Shown here piece by piece: positions 1 through 10,265 of a DNA stretch of 64,000 nucleotides. The position numbers and the translations under genes were made by a program. The notes under the pieces are model-generated. The model made no database searches and had not been told where the DNA came from. It was given only the letters and a program-made list of their open reading frames with translations. This stretch comes from a virus, in IMG/VR virus record IMGVR_UViG_3300045988_176782, positions 96,001-160,000 of that record; one strand, 5' to 3'. The stretch's first letter is position 1; each line of letters opens with the position of its first letter.

Positions 1-272
1 TCTTCCGCGGTTTCATCAACAAAATCACTAACAAATTGCTTGAAAGTGTTTTGCATTTCTTTTAACTGTTTCTCCGTTGCCTTTGGCAGCTTCAACAGCC
101 AATCATCCAAGCAACAATCTTTGTGTTCGCCTAAATACTCATTGAAATAATACATAATATCGTCGTTGCACAAATATTTTTCCGGGTCTTTTGCCCAAGT
201 CATAGCTAAAAATTCTTTTGCATTTTCCCGAACAAAGAACTTATTGCCATCAATATTCCAAATCTTTTCCAT
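1..272 (-). CDS. hypothetical protein, partial (C-terminus beyond left edge)
   Basis: Open minus-strand frame from ATG at 272..270 (MEKIWNIDGNKFFVRENAKEF...) runs off the window; absent from ORF track because no stop is in the window. Confidence 0.5.
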   Translation of the reverse strand, partial: MEKIWNIDGNKFFVRENAKEFLAMTWAKDPEKYLCNDDIMYYFNEYLGEHKDCCLDDWLLKLPKATEKQLKEMQNTFKQFVSDFVDETAE

Positions 273-408
273 ATCCCTCAACTTCCTTTCTGCTCTCTTG
301 AGCATCTATAGAATATCACACTCCACCTAAAAAGTCAAACCAAAATTCCTTATGTTTAACATAACGAAAATCCACTCCTGTCCCTTTTGTCCATCCTTCT
401 TCCCATTT

Positions 409-437
409 TTGACAAATTCAAAATTTTCCTTTATAAT
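409..437 (+). promoter_or_regulatory. sigma70/SigA-type promoter
   Basis: TTGACA 409-414, 17-nt spacer, TATAAT 432-437; no credible ORF for ~190 nt downstream. Confidence 0.55.
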
Positions 438-630
438 AGAACCATCTTCTCCACCGAAGATAATCCTTTCCCCAACCCCCTTCTATACAACACCACGCGG
501 CGCGCAGCAATTTCCTAAATAAGCTGCAACTTCCCGCGCAAAAAGCTGGAATGAGCTGCATTTTCTTCCCGCCGCAAATTCTTTTCCCCAAAAATTTTCC
601 AACGAGCTGCAAATTTTCCTCTAAAAAAAT

Positions 631-659
631 TTGCCAAACACCAAAATTTCCTCTATAAT
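631..659 (+). promoter_or_regulatory. sigma70/SigA-type promoter
   Basis: TTGCCA-17-TATAAT followed by the conserved leader ACAAAGTGAGGGA, which can pair with TCCCTCGCTTT ~35 nt downstream. Confidence 0.6.
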
Positions 660-795
660 ATATCTACAAAGTGAGGGAACAAATCACCTCCTCAATTGCT
701 CTCCCTCGCTTTATAAATAAGAGAAGGAAAACTCTAAATCAAACCGGCCCCGCAATAAGCTGGGCGGGCGCATTAAGCGCCGCAAGGAGAATTAA

Positions 796-1308
796 ATGTC
801 TGTATCTGTTCGTGATGCTCTACGCGCTGAAGTCGTAGAGAAGCTAATGGGTTGCTACGAAAACGCTCAAAAGGTTGCCGGCGGCTTTGCCTTTATGTCT
901 GACAAGATGGACGAGGAAACTGGTCTATTCATTCCTGTGGTTGTAACCGTAACCGCAAAGAATACCGCTCCTACTGCTCGCAGTGAAGCTTATGACATTG
1001 ACAAAGCCGTAGCCGAATACGCCGCCAAGCCTGGTCGTCGTGTTGCTGACCCTGCTAAGATTGCTGAACGCGCTGCCGCTAAGGAAGCTGCTGCTTCCCG
1101 CAAGCAAGCTAATCTAAGCATTCTACGCAGCTGGGTTGCTGCCAATCCTGTTGATGGTCTGGCTGCCAAGGAAATCTATGACCAGATTCCTGAGCTGCAA
1201 CATATTCAGCTAATGCAAGTTGGTACTCTACTAACCTCTCTAGTTGAGGATGGTACACTAACTGTAAGTCTGAATGATAAGCGTAAGAAGATTTACCATA
1301 AGGCTTAA
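796..1308 (+). CDS. hypothetical protein (abundant early protein?)
   Basis: ORF track; AAGGAGA SD upstream; 10 of 13 Leu codons are CTA and none TTA/TTG, unlike most neighbours; terminator follows. Confidence 0.8.
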   Translation: MSVSVRDALRAEVVEKLMGCYENAQKVAGGFAFMSDKMDEETGLFIPVVVTVTAKNTAPTARSEAYDIDKAVAEYAAKPGRRVADPAKIAERAAAKEAAASRKQANLSILRSWVAANPVDGLAAKEIYDQIPELQHIQLMQVGTLLTSLVEDGTLTVSLNDKRKKIYHKA

Positions 1309-1321
1309 GACACAATGGAAG

Positions 1322-1348
1322 AGAAGCGCGAAAGCGCTTCTTTTTTTG
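1322..1348 (+). terminator. intrinsic terminator
   Basis: AGAAGCGC-GAAA-GCGCTTCT hairpin followed by T7. Confidence 0.8.
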
Positions 1349-1405
1349 TATTTTTATAATTTTTATATTATAATATAAAAAAATAAAAGGAGAAAAAAAT
1401 ACTAC

Positions 1406-1600
1406 ATGACAAACATAAATCGTAAAGTAATTTTTTCTCGTTGGATTAGAAACGCACTTCTTTTCCAGGGAGAAGAACTAATAGAGACTCAAATTAATCG
1501 CGACAATCCTTCGTTCCATGTATATATTTTTAAATATAGCGATACCTTAGATGAATCAATTAAGTACGCTCTTGCGCATAAAAAAGAATTTCAACTTTAA
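1406..1600 (+). CDS. hypothetical protein
   Basis: ORF track; AAAGGAG SD upstream. Confidence 0.6.
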   Translation: MTNINRKVIFSRWIRNALLFQGEELIETQINRDNPSFHVYIFKYSDTLDESIKYALAHKKEFQL

Positions 1601-1614
1601 GGAGCGAAACACAC

Positions 1615-1959
1615 ATGGCACAAACACAAACCGCTCCTATTTTAAAACATAACATAGATAAAAAACAATTCTTGGTTGCGCCCTACAATATGAATTTCTA
1701 CCAAATTCCGCAAGCTATTGCAGACAAGCTGAATCAAAAGCTGGGAAATTCATCCGCACAATTACGGCTAATGTATGTTCTTATCGGAACTAAAGAAGGT
1801 TTTGGTTTATCCTTAGAATGGTTATCACAGCGAACAAGTTTAGCCAAAACCAATATTGTGCGCACCAAGAAAGCTTTAATTGACGCGGGCCTACTATTGG
1901 AAAGCACAGATGGAACACACAATTTTTTAACAATTAATTATCAAAAAATTATGGAATAA
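1615..1959 (+). CDS. winged-helix/HTH DNA-binding protein (initiator or repressor candidate)
   Basis: ORF track; AAGGAG SD; C-terminal LSLEWLSQRTSLAKTNIVRTKKALIDAGLL looks like an HTH; lies directly upstream of the TATCAC-N2-TGATA array. Confidence 0.65.
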   Translation: MAQTQTAPILKHNIDKKQFLVAPYNMNFYQIPQAIADKLNQKLGNSSAQLRLMYVLIGTKEGFGLSLEWLSQRTSLAKTNIVRTKKALIDAGLLLESTDGTHNFLTINYQKIME

Positions 1960-1975
1960 AATTTGAAATTTCCAT

Positions 1976-2117
1976 TATCACCATGATTATAATCCTTTTC
2001 CGTTTTTATGAGAATATGATTATCACTGTGATACGGACTCGTATCACCATGATATTCTTATTATCACCATGATAACGTGCTCGTATCACAGTGATAATGG
2101 GAATTATCACCATGATA
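1976..2117. repeat. array of six 13-bp palindromic sites TATCAC-NN-TGATA (operator/iteron array)
   Basis: Sites start at 1976 (imperfect), 2021, 2042, 2062, 2084, 2105; the last five are spaced ~21 bp apart; each is an inverted repeat TATCA/TGATA. Confidence 0.8.
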
Positions 2118-2210
2118 TACGTAATATATAATATATATATAAACAAAGAGAGGATATATAATCTAACAAATATGTAATATATAATTATTTCGCGCTTGCG
2201 CGCGAAATTT

Positions 2211-2522
2211 ATGATTAATATTTCTGGAGAGAGCATAACAAAGATGAGATATGTTGAAGAAAAGTTGAAATTTATTAATAATATTATTGATGAGATTCTT
2301 CCAGCTGAAGCCGCTATAGAATACAAACTAGAAGTAAAAAAATGGATACGTAAAATGGCAAGCCTTGATTGGAACACAAATAATACTTTTAGTTATAAAA
2401 CTTTTATCGCGCCGCAAGTAAAAACTGAGCTTTATCCATATAAAGACGAGAATAGCGCGCTACAAGATATTATCACTGTTCTTGGCGGCAGAGTGTTTGA
2501 TTATTATCATAAGTGTAAATAA
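2211..2522 (+). CDS. hypothetical protein
   Basis: ORF track frame 2196..2522; first ATG at 2211. Confidence 0.55.
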   Translation: MINISGESITKMRYVEEKLKFINNIIDEILPAEAAIEYKLEVKKWIRKMASLDWNTNNTFSYKTFIAPQVKTELYPYKDENSALQDIITVLGGRVFDYYHKCK

Positions 2523-2528
2523 AAAAGA

Positions 2529-2562
2529 GGGAATTTCATTTTGAAATTCCCTTTTCTTTTTT
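2529..2562 (+). terminator. intrinsic terminator
   Basis: GGGAATTTCA / TGAAATTCCC 10-bp stem followed by a T-rich run. Confidence 0.8.
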
Positions 2563-2991
2563 CTTTTCTAATTTCATTTTGTTTCTTCCCGATAATACTC
2601 CGCGTTTAATTTCATTTTTGCTTTCCCTATAAGGTAGGCGGCGAGATTTTAATTTTATGTTTCCCTAAAAGTGGCTGTGAAGCTGCGAAAAGGTTCTTTC
2701 CCACCATTAATAGTATATAATAAATTTGTCAAATTTTCAAATTTTTATTTAACAAATTTTGAAATCCAAATATGAAAATCTCCACACCTTCGGTTGTGCA
2801 AAAAAAGGACACTATGAACATTGTTTCCAAGGAAAAAAAGGACACTATGGTAAATGAATTTTTATATTATATATAATGATATTTTTTTCTCATTTCCAAA
2901 GAAAAAATTTTTTAGTCTCATAAAAACTCCATAATAAAATAATCTCATTTTCTTACTTAATAATGAAGTAAGAAATAAATAGGAGGCTAAT

Positions 2992-3339
2992 ATGCTTATT
3001 TCAAAAGCACTTTATGAAAAATTACAAACAATAAATTCTATGTATGGCGCCGCGGCAACAGTGCAATTTTTATTTGCTTTAAACGAATATTATTTTAATA
3101 ACATTAAAACCACAGACAAAGTAATAATTGCATTAGGAATAGAAGAATTTTATGTTTCGCCTCAACAATTTACTAAAACAAACATAACAAATGAACAACT
3201 TTTATCTTTACTTTACGAAGGCAAAACTATGAAAGAAATTATAGAAGAAACAGGCTTGCCGCGCTCTACCGCCTACAGACGAATTAATAAAGTTAAGGAG
3301 ATGTTAAAACTTGACAATACCAATGGTAGTCTTGACTGA
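2992..3339 (+). CDS. HTH DNA-binding protein
   Basis: ORF track; TAGGAGG SD; C-terminal GKTMKEIIEETGLPRSTAYRRINKVK is HTH-like. Confidence 0.7.
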   Translation: MLISKALYEKLQTINSMYGAAATVQFLFALNEYYFNNIKTTDKVIIALGIEEFYVSPQQFTKTNITNEQLLSLLYEGKTMKEIIEETGLPRSTAYRRINKVKEMLKLDNTNGSLD

Positions 3340-3964
3340 TTATTTTTTAGAAAAAATTAATAAAGTAGCAAGTTATTATGGAGCAGAGAAAGCTTTATAT
3401 TACCTTAATGAGCTATATAATTATGCTTACTATGATATTTATCCACAAGATGTTTTTCTAAAAAATTAGTTAAATTTTAGAAAAGATTCTCTAATCATTG
3501 ACTCCTATAAAAAAGATGCTTTTACTAAACCCACCATTCCAACTGGCCGCATATTAGAATATAAAATTAAAGGTCTAACTCCCCAGGAAATTGCAGGTAA
3601 AGTTGGTTTATCATCATCTACTGTGCGTAAGCGGCTGAATGACTTTATGAATGAAAGTGCCATTAATAGAGTTATTATAGAGAAAAAACCCAATCCCATA
3701 GAAGAACCAGTTGAATCATTACCTGATGATTTTGTTTTTCCAGAAAACGAAGACCCGCGAATTACGACTGCGAAAGAAGCACTTTGGCTAAAACAACTAG
3801 GATACCGCTATCTCATTGCAAGTGAAGTAGAAGATTACTATGACCGTGGTTATACACCAATAGAAAATCTTAGAAAGTTTGGCTGGTATTACTTAAAACA
3901 AAATGGCTATGATGTAGATTGGCCAACAGAAAAGGATGATGAGGATTGGGCAAGTTTGACTTAA
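3323..3964 (+). CDS. HTH DNA-binding protein, paralog of 2992..3339 (1 in-frame TAG)
   Basis: ATG 3323; the frame stays open through TAG 3467 into ORF 3623..3964; HTH-like GLTPQEIAGKVGLSSSTVRKRL. Confidence 0.6.
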
Positions 3965-4701
3965 AGTAGATAGAAAAGGATAAAGAGCGCACGCGCCTAA
4001 TCCCGCAAGAAGAAGCATTTCTACATTATTCTACTGATGATTTACTATATGGGCTGCTTGCCTATAAAGCAAATTATGACATTGAAACAAAGACTCTTTT
4101 TCTTAAACAAGAAGACTTACCTGCCATTAAAAAAATGGTTGCAGGTTGGTTAGACTGTACAATTAGAACAATGGGCAATCACTTACACGATTTAATGGAT
4201 AAGGGCTATATAGAATATGACTAGTTAAATAAGAGATATATAATAAAAAACTACCACGAAAAATATTAGTAGGTTAATAATCATATGCTTTTTGTTTTAT
4301 TACAAAATATGCGGCCAAATACAATTAAAATATACAGTTATTTATTAAATAAATATATTTGGAAAAAATCAGAAGGGAAAGTTTTTTATTTTTCTATTAG
4401 TTCCTTATTAAAAGATTTGGGTTATGTAAATATCTATAATCGTCTTGAACGCGAATCAATAAAAGATATATTGTTTTTCTTAAATTTAATGGGCTTTATT
4501 ACAATTTCTCGTGTATATAAAATTACTAACGATGTATATATACCATACTATTCTTTAGATTTTGCTACAATAAATGCGGATGAACTCCAACATAAACATC
4601 TATCAGAAATTGACCCCAATTTGAATTTAGAGCAAAGAGTACGCATCTATGAGCTGCCAGAAGATGTCGCTGTGGTTGATGACGATGGTCTTATTGAATG
4701 A
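3946..4701 (+). CDS. winged-helix-like protein (4 in-frame TAG; start uncertain)
   Basis: Frame of ORF 4285..4701 is open upstream through TAG 3967, 4222, 4267, 4270; candidate starts are TTG 3946 or ATG 4135. Confidence 0.5.
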
Positions 4702-4768
4702 GACTTTGAGATTTTTTCTGTCATTTTTTGAAATTCTAATAATATCGCAACTCGGATTTTGTATATGA

Positions 4769-4869
4769 GAAATTCTGGAAGATAGATAAGAAATCTGAGA
4801 AGCGCCACACTAATGGAAAATGAAACATTAGCGGAAATCTGAGAAGCGCGCTAAGGAAATTCTGGAAGA
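4769..4869. repeat. interleaved short direct repeats
   Basis: GAAATTCTGGAAGAT at 4769 and 4855; GAAATCTGAGAAGCGC at 4790 and 4834; further GAAATTCT copies nearby. Confidence 0.7.
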
Positions 4870-5140
4870 TTAATCGGAAATTCTATCATAAACTCTTAAT
4901 AGAATAAATAGAAGAATTAAGAGAGTATATTTATAATAGTTCTTACGAGACGGCCGCCATTAAAATGGCGCCCGCTTTAAAAATGATGATTGATTGATTG
5001 AAGACACGATAAAACTAAATTTCATAGCTGCGGCCGCAGGAATTTTTCTGCCTTCTCCACCATCCCTATTATAATTCAAATTTGTCCATTTTTAAAATTT
5101 ATATTCCAATCTATTTTTTTCGGGAAAAGGTATCCCTGTA

Positions 5141-5500
5141 ATTTTTGAAATTCTAACCTTTCTGGAACACAGGAAAAAATCCGATGCAAAATTTTGAAGA
5201 AAAAAAGTAGCATCGTAGCTCCTTACAATCATACAGCAAAATTTTTTCTGGCCTCTCCCTACAAAAACGGAAATACTTACCATAATAAAATAACGGTATT
5301 TTTTCTCCTACTATGAGTTTGGCCGCGAAAGTTTGAAGTTCTCCAATTTTATTATGATTGAGGTATTTTCTCTTGGAAATGGTGTTGCGTGGATTTTTGA
5401 AATTTGAATGTTTCTAGAACACGGAAAAATATCCGATGCGGATTTTTGAAGAAAAAAATTTACTTCGGGGAGCTTAACAACCATACATAGGAATTTTGTT
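5141..5500. repeat. two ~110-bp imperfect direct repeats in non-coding DNA
   Basis: 5141-5248 and 5392-5500 share ATTTTTGAAATT..TTTCT.GAACAC.GGAAAAA.ATCCGATGC...TTTTGAAGAAAAAAA. Confidence 0.7.
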
Positions 5501-5875
5501 CAGTGATGGTCGTGAGGGAACGAGAGGTTAGAATATAAAAAGTATAGTGTAGAAAATTTTGATTAGAATGAAAATTTTATTTACACACCATCATTTTTCA
5601 AGACTTAGAATTGGAGACACAAATGAAAAAACACGGAAAAAATAAAGGGTTTCGCGCCTATGCTGCGATTTCAACTCCTCCCCTTCACTTCTCCCCTCCT
5701 CTCCCCTCCCCGTGTGAAAAAATCCAATCCCAATTTCAAAACGCACGGAACTCCGGTCGGACATCCGAATATAAATATATTATATCCTTTTTAATTCGTG
5801 TAAGAAGTACCTATCATCAAAATAAGTATGAGGGCCTCTCATATTTTTTTTATATTATAATTTCGGAGGCTTACT

Positions 5876-6262
5876 ATGGCTGTTAGTTTTACGCTACAAG
5901 ATATAAAAACCACTTTAGAATCTGTGCCATTGCTAAAAGTTGAAGAGCTTGGCCGTCAATATAAATGTAAAGAAGGCATTACCACTATCTTGTGTGGCCA
6001 TATGCCTCGTTATCTTTCTTTAGAAAAATTAGTTATTATTTGTAAAAAGATTAATCCTTATATAAATTGGTCTTTTCCTACAATGAAAGAAATTAATGAT
6101 TTTTTTTATACAATAAATACAGATGAATTAAACTATGAAGATAGAAAAACCATCTTGAAAATTCGCACTAATCCCAATCTTTCAACATATTTTGAACTTT
6201 GGGACTTATATGATACATTAAAAAATAAAAAAACGGAGTGTGATACCCAATGTTCCGTATAA
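5876..6262 (+). CDS. hypothetical protein
   Basis: ORF track; GGAGG SD upstream. Confidence 0.6.
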   Translation: MAVSFTLQDIKTTLESVPLLKVEELGRQYKCKEGITTILCGHMPRYLSLEKLVIICKKINPYINWSFPTMKEINDFFYTINTDELNYEDRKTILKIRTNPNLSTYFELWDLYDTLKNKKTECDTQCSV

Positions 6263-6441
6263 TTTCCGCCCCTTCTGATCCCGTTCCAACTTATGTTTGT
6301 GATACGAAAAATGATTTACCTCTTATACTTAAAGAACAATTTGATGGTAATATGATTGGTATAACGGTTTTGTGTTTAGAAGATAAAAATGTTTATATGA
6401 TGAATGGGGACAAAGAAAATCCAACTTGGATAGTATTGTGA
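6250..6441 (+). CDS. hypothetical protein
   Basis: ORF track; overlaps the previous stop (coupled). Confidence 0.55.
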   Translation: MFRIISAPSDPVPTYVCDTKNDLPLILKEQFDGNMIGITVLCLEDKNVYMMNGDKENPTWIVL

Positions 6442-6453
6442 GGTGCAAAATAA

Positions 6454-7035
6454 ATGTTAGATTTAATTACATATGCACTTCTAAAAGCAAAACAAGTTGA
6501 GGCCGCAACAGGCATACAAGGTGCAGAAATAAAGAAAGGAGAACTTATCTTTACTTTGTCTGATGGTTCGATTGTTTCTGCAGGCAAACTTTGGGATGAA
6601 AACTCCTCTCCTATTACCAATGTAAAATTTGAAGATTCTACTCTTATTGTAGAACATCTAAGCGGCGAAAAAGAAACCCTTAATTTACCCCAAAACGAAA
6701 TTAAGGGTGTAGAGTTGTAGGGCACAAATCTTATTTTTACTTTCTTTGATAATACGTAGTTGGTTGCGCCACTTTCTGGAAAACAAATTACCGCCGCAGA
6801 AATTAAAGACAACCACCTAATTTTTACTTTTTCAGATTCTTCAACCTTAGATGCTGGAGAACTTTTAGTTTCTTCTGTGGGTATTGACGATACAAAAATT
6901 TCTCCTTCAACTACCTATAGTAGCGAAAAAATTTAGGATATTATAAATTTTGAACTTATTTGTTGCGGCGACAGTATAGATGTAAATTCTTCTTTGGAAA
7001 ATCTTATTCCTGATGCAACTTCACGTCAATGGTGA
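6454..7035 (+). CDS. structural repeat protein (3 in-frame TAG)
   Basis: ORF 6454..6720 continues in frame through TAG 6718, 6757, 6934 to TGA 7033; internal repeats xLIFTxSDxS..AGxL occur three times. Confidence 0.65.
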
Positions 7036-7038
7036 TTT

Positions 7039-8169
7039 ATGTATTATAAGATAAAAGATGAATTTCTTTCTAACATCGCCGCAGCAATTAGAGAAAAATT
7101 AAACCTGCAAAAATAGCTAGAAATACAAGAATTTTCTCCTCTTATTCATTCTATTGGAGGAGAAACCTTTTTTGAAGTAGAAGGTCAAACTACATTTTTA
7201 GGCTGGGATGGTCTATAGAGGTATCGGCAAAATGCCACTTCTCCTTTCCCTTCTTCTCCCACTCCAAATTTTCTTCTCGTGGAAAAAGAAGTAGGAGATA
7301 ATTTTCTTCGTAGTAAAATCTATACTACAACCTCCGGAAAACACCTACTTTTTATTAAACTTCTCGCCGCCGCAACAATTACACTAAACATTAATGCTTC
7401 TTTTGTTGATTGGGGCGACGGCACACAAAGTACTACTCTATCCCATACCTATTCTACTGCCGGCGCATACACTATAAAATGTGATGGTACAACACTAAAG
7501 GCAAACTTCATTTCTCCTAACAGCATTTTATATGAGGCGCATTTTGCAAAAGGCTTAACCACCATACAACAAAATGCCTTTTCCAATCAAACTTTTCTCC
7601 AAATTCTAACGCTGCCTTCTTCTTGCACCAATATCGCTGCGGAAAATGTATTTAACGGTTGCGTTAGTTTAAATGCGTTAGTGTTTCCAGCTAATTGTTC
7701 TATTACAAAGTTAAATGCTGTAAAAGTTTAGAATATAATTTTGCCTTCTACAATTTCTGAACTACCTTCTTCCTACAACAATAGTAATCCCTCTCTAAAA
7801 CAAATTACTTTGCCTGAAGGTATAAAGGAAATTCCCGCCGCGTCCTTTTTGTATAATTATGGTTTGGAGCAAATTCATTTACCTTCTTCTTTGGTTTCTA
7901 TTGGCTCCAATGCCTTTAAAGGATGCGCGAATTTACAAAAATTGGAAATCCCGCAATCAATTACTACCTTAAGTGTTGATTGTTTTAGGGATTGCACTGG
8001 CTTACTTTCTATTAAATTAAAGTCTCCTACGCCTCCTATTCTCCAAAATGGGCTTGTGTTTGATAAGTCAGCTTGTCCCATTGTTGTGCCTAAAGGGACA
8101 CTTACTACCTACAAAAACGCAACAAATTGGATATTACTCCAAGACCGCTTAAAGGAGGCCGTGCAATGA
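7039..8169 (+). CDS. leucine-rich-repeat (BspA-like) protein (3 in-frame TAG)
   Basis: ATG 7039; TAG 7114, 7216, 7729 join ORFs 7279..7731 and 7741..8169; repeated motif I-P-x-S-[VI]-x-x-I-G-x-x-A-F-x-x-C. Confidence 0.7.
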
Positions 8170-8339
8170 TACAACAAAAAATATATTCAACAATTCCACT
8201 TATTTACGAAACTAAAAGTGACCGTAATATGTGGATTAAAAGCGAACTTTCTGGCGCACTTTATGTTATTGCCTATGACCCTATTCCAAAAAAATATAGC
8301 GAAACGGAGGAACCAATAAATGAGTCAACGAGTGATTGA
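8166..8339 (+). CDS. hypothetical protein
   Basis: ATGA overlap with the preceding stop; ORF track frame 8127..8339. Confidence 0.5.
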   Translation: MIQQKIYSTIPLIYETKSDRNMWIKSELSGALYVIAYDPIPKKYSETEEPINESTSD

Positions 8340-8985
8340 CCTTGCTAAAAAGATTTCTCCTCCTCTCCCTTGGGGTAATTAGGGTGAGGCAGGAGCGACA
8401 GATTTATTCTTAGATATAAGTGAATTTTATATGGCCGATCCGAATGGGAAAGCCATTGTTACTTTTACCCGTCAAGATGGACATACTTACATACACAAAT
8501 TTTAGTTAGAAAATAAAAACCTATTCATAACCTTAACTGCTACCGATACACAATTAGTGGGGAAATGTGAAGTTTAGATTAATTGGCTTTCTAAAGGGAA
8601 CCGATTAACTAAATCTTATAATTATAAAAGTTTTATTCTCCCCGCTGCGTCAGAAAAGCCCTTCCCATTAACAGAAGAAAGTGTTGCTGCTTTAGATAAT
8701 TTGCAATCTTATATTGAAGATGCCAAAAAAATTCTTGAAGAAGCTAAACTTAAAAAACAAATTATCTTCTGTGATGAACTTCCATTGGAAGGTTTGAGTG
8801 AGTTTGTCTATTTACTATCAAAAGATAAAGGATTATATTATTGGTCTGATGGCTGGTATTTGCTTAATCCTAAAAGTTCTGGCGGCGGTTTAGGAGATTA
8901 TGATTTTGTTTTTGGCGGCAATGCTGAAGGTCCCACAAATGAAAGTCAGTGGATTGGAGGTACTGCTAGCCAAGTAGACCCTTAA
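8320..8985 (+). CDS. structural protein (3 in-frame TAG)
   Basis: ATG 8320; TAG 8380, 8503, 8575 lead in frame into ORF 8701..8985. Confidence 0.6.
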
Positions 8986-9005
8986 TTCTTCATTGAGGTG
9001 ATATT

Positions 9006-10265
9006 ATGGCAATAAGTCTTAACACCAGAATTTGCCTACGCAATGATACGGCAGCTCGCTGGGTTGAAGTAAACCCTATTCTTAAAAAGGGCGAAATTGG
9101 CGTAGAAAATGATACTGGTAAGTTTAAAATTGGTAATGATGAAAGTAATTGGAACGACTTAGATTATGCCAATAGCGGCTCTGATGTATCTGTTGCCGCG
9201 CACTATGAAGGTGAAGCCGCAGAAGGCGAAACCGATGAAGCTGTTATTGCTCGTGTTATGGGCGCAACTGCCCCTGCAAATGACGACATTTTTGTTGTAA
9301 AACGTGTAATTAACGGCGAAAAGAAATCTTACACTTCTTACGTTTACAATGGCACTGCTTGGGCTGCGATGGATGGCAATTATAATGCTAATAATGTGTA
9401 TTTTGATGCTGATTTTGTCGCAACAGAAAAAGTTGGTACTATTACCATTCCCGCTTCTGGCAGCGCCACTGTAACAGCAGCAGGCAAAAATGTAAAAGAA
9501 GTATTGGCTTCTATTCTTGCGCAAGAAAAGAATCCTACTGTTACCCAACCCTCTGTTTCTGTTAATATAACTAATTCTACCAAAGCATTAGAAGTAGGCT
9601 CTAAAGTAATTCCTACCTATAAAGCTACTTTTAATGCTGGTTCTTATTCTTATGGCCCTGCTACTGGCATTACTGCAAAGACTTGGGAAATTACCAACTC
9701 TGTAACTGATGAAACATTAAATACTGCCGAAGGTTCTTTTGCAGAACTAACTGTGGCAGACAACACCAACTTCTCTATCACTGCTAAAGCAACCTATGAA
9801 GGTGGCGCAGTTCCCAAAACCAATATCGGCAATGAAAAACCCAATTTAGCTATCGCGGCTGGTTCCAAGAGCGCCGTTAGTTCTGCTAAAATTACTGGCT
9901 ATCGTAATTTCTTCTACGGTTTTGTAGCCTCTAGTTCTGCCGATGTCCCTGTTGATAGCGCGCTAGTTCGTAGTTTAACTGCTGGCGGCGCTTATAATGC
10001 AAAAAAATCCTTTACGATTAAAGCTGCAAACACTGCTGGCGCAAAGCGTATTGTTGTTGCGATTCCTGCTAACTCTACTCGTAGCGGCTTAATTTCTGTT
10101 TCTCTTGATAGCACTATGAATCTTGACATTACTGCTGAATATAATCAAATCGCTAATGTTAATGTTGAAGGCGCTAATGGTGCTACCGCAATTCCTTATA
10201 AGGTTTGGGTATATGAACCTGCTGAATTAGGCAGCGACCAAATTCAAACCATTACTTTAGGTTAA
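9006..10265 (+). CDS. tail-fibre-like protein
   Basis: ORF track; N-terminal motif TRIxLRNDT..W..NP.L.KGE.G.E.DTGKFKIGND...WNDL shared with four downstream genes; no TAG. Confidence 0.8.
   Translation: MAISLNTRICLRNDTAARWVEVNPILKKGEIGVENDTGKFKIGNDESNWNDLDYANSGSDVSVAAHYEGEAAEGETDEAVIARVMGATAPANDDIFVVKRVINGEKKSYTSYVYNGTAWAAMDGNYNANNVYFDADFVATEKVGTITIPASGSATVTAAGKNVKEVLASILAQEKNPTVTQPSVSVNITNSTKALEVGSKVIPTYKATFNAGSYSYGPATGITAKTWEITNSVTDETLNTAEGSFAELTVADNTNFSITAKATYEGGAVPKTNIGNEKPNLAIAAGSKSAVSSAKITGYRNFFYGFVASSSADVPVDSALVRSLTAGGAYNAKKSFTIKAANTAGAKRIVVAIPANSTRSGLISVSLDSTMNLDITAEYNQIANVNVEGANGATAIPYKVWVYEPAELGSDQIQTITLG

Noticed and set aside
2006-2377. Minus-strand ORF of 123 aa across the operator array
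   Set aside because: Its Ile/Tyr-rich low-complexity product is generated by the AT-rich repeats. It overlaps the palindromic sites and the + strand gene 2211..2522.
5611-5886. ORF 5611..5886 (91 aa)
   Set aside because: It lies in the repeat-dense non-coding region. Its product is low-complexity Pro/Ser-rich, it has no SD, and it overlaps a partial copy of the 110-bp repeat.
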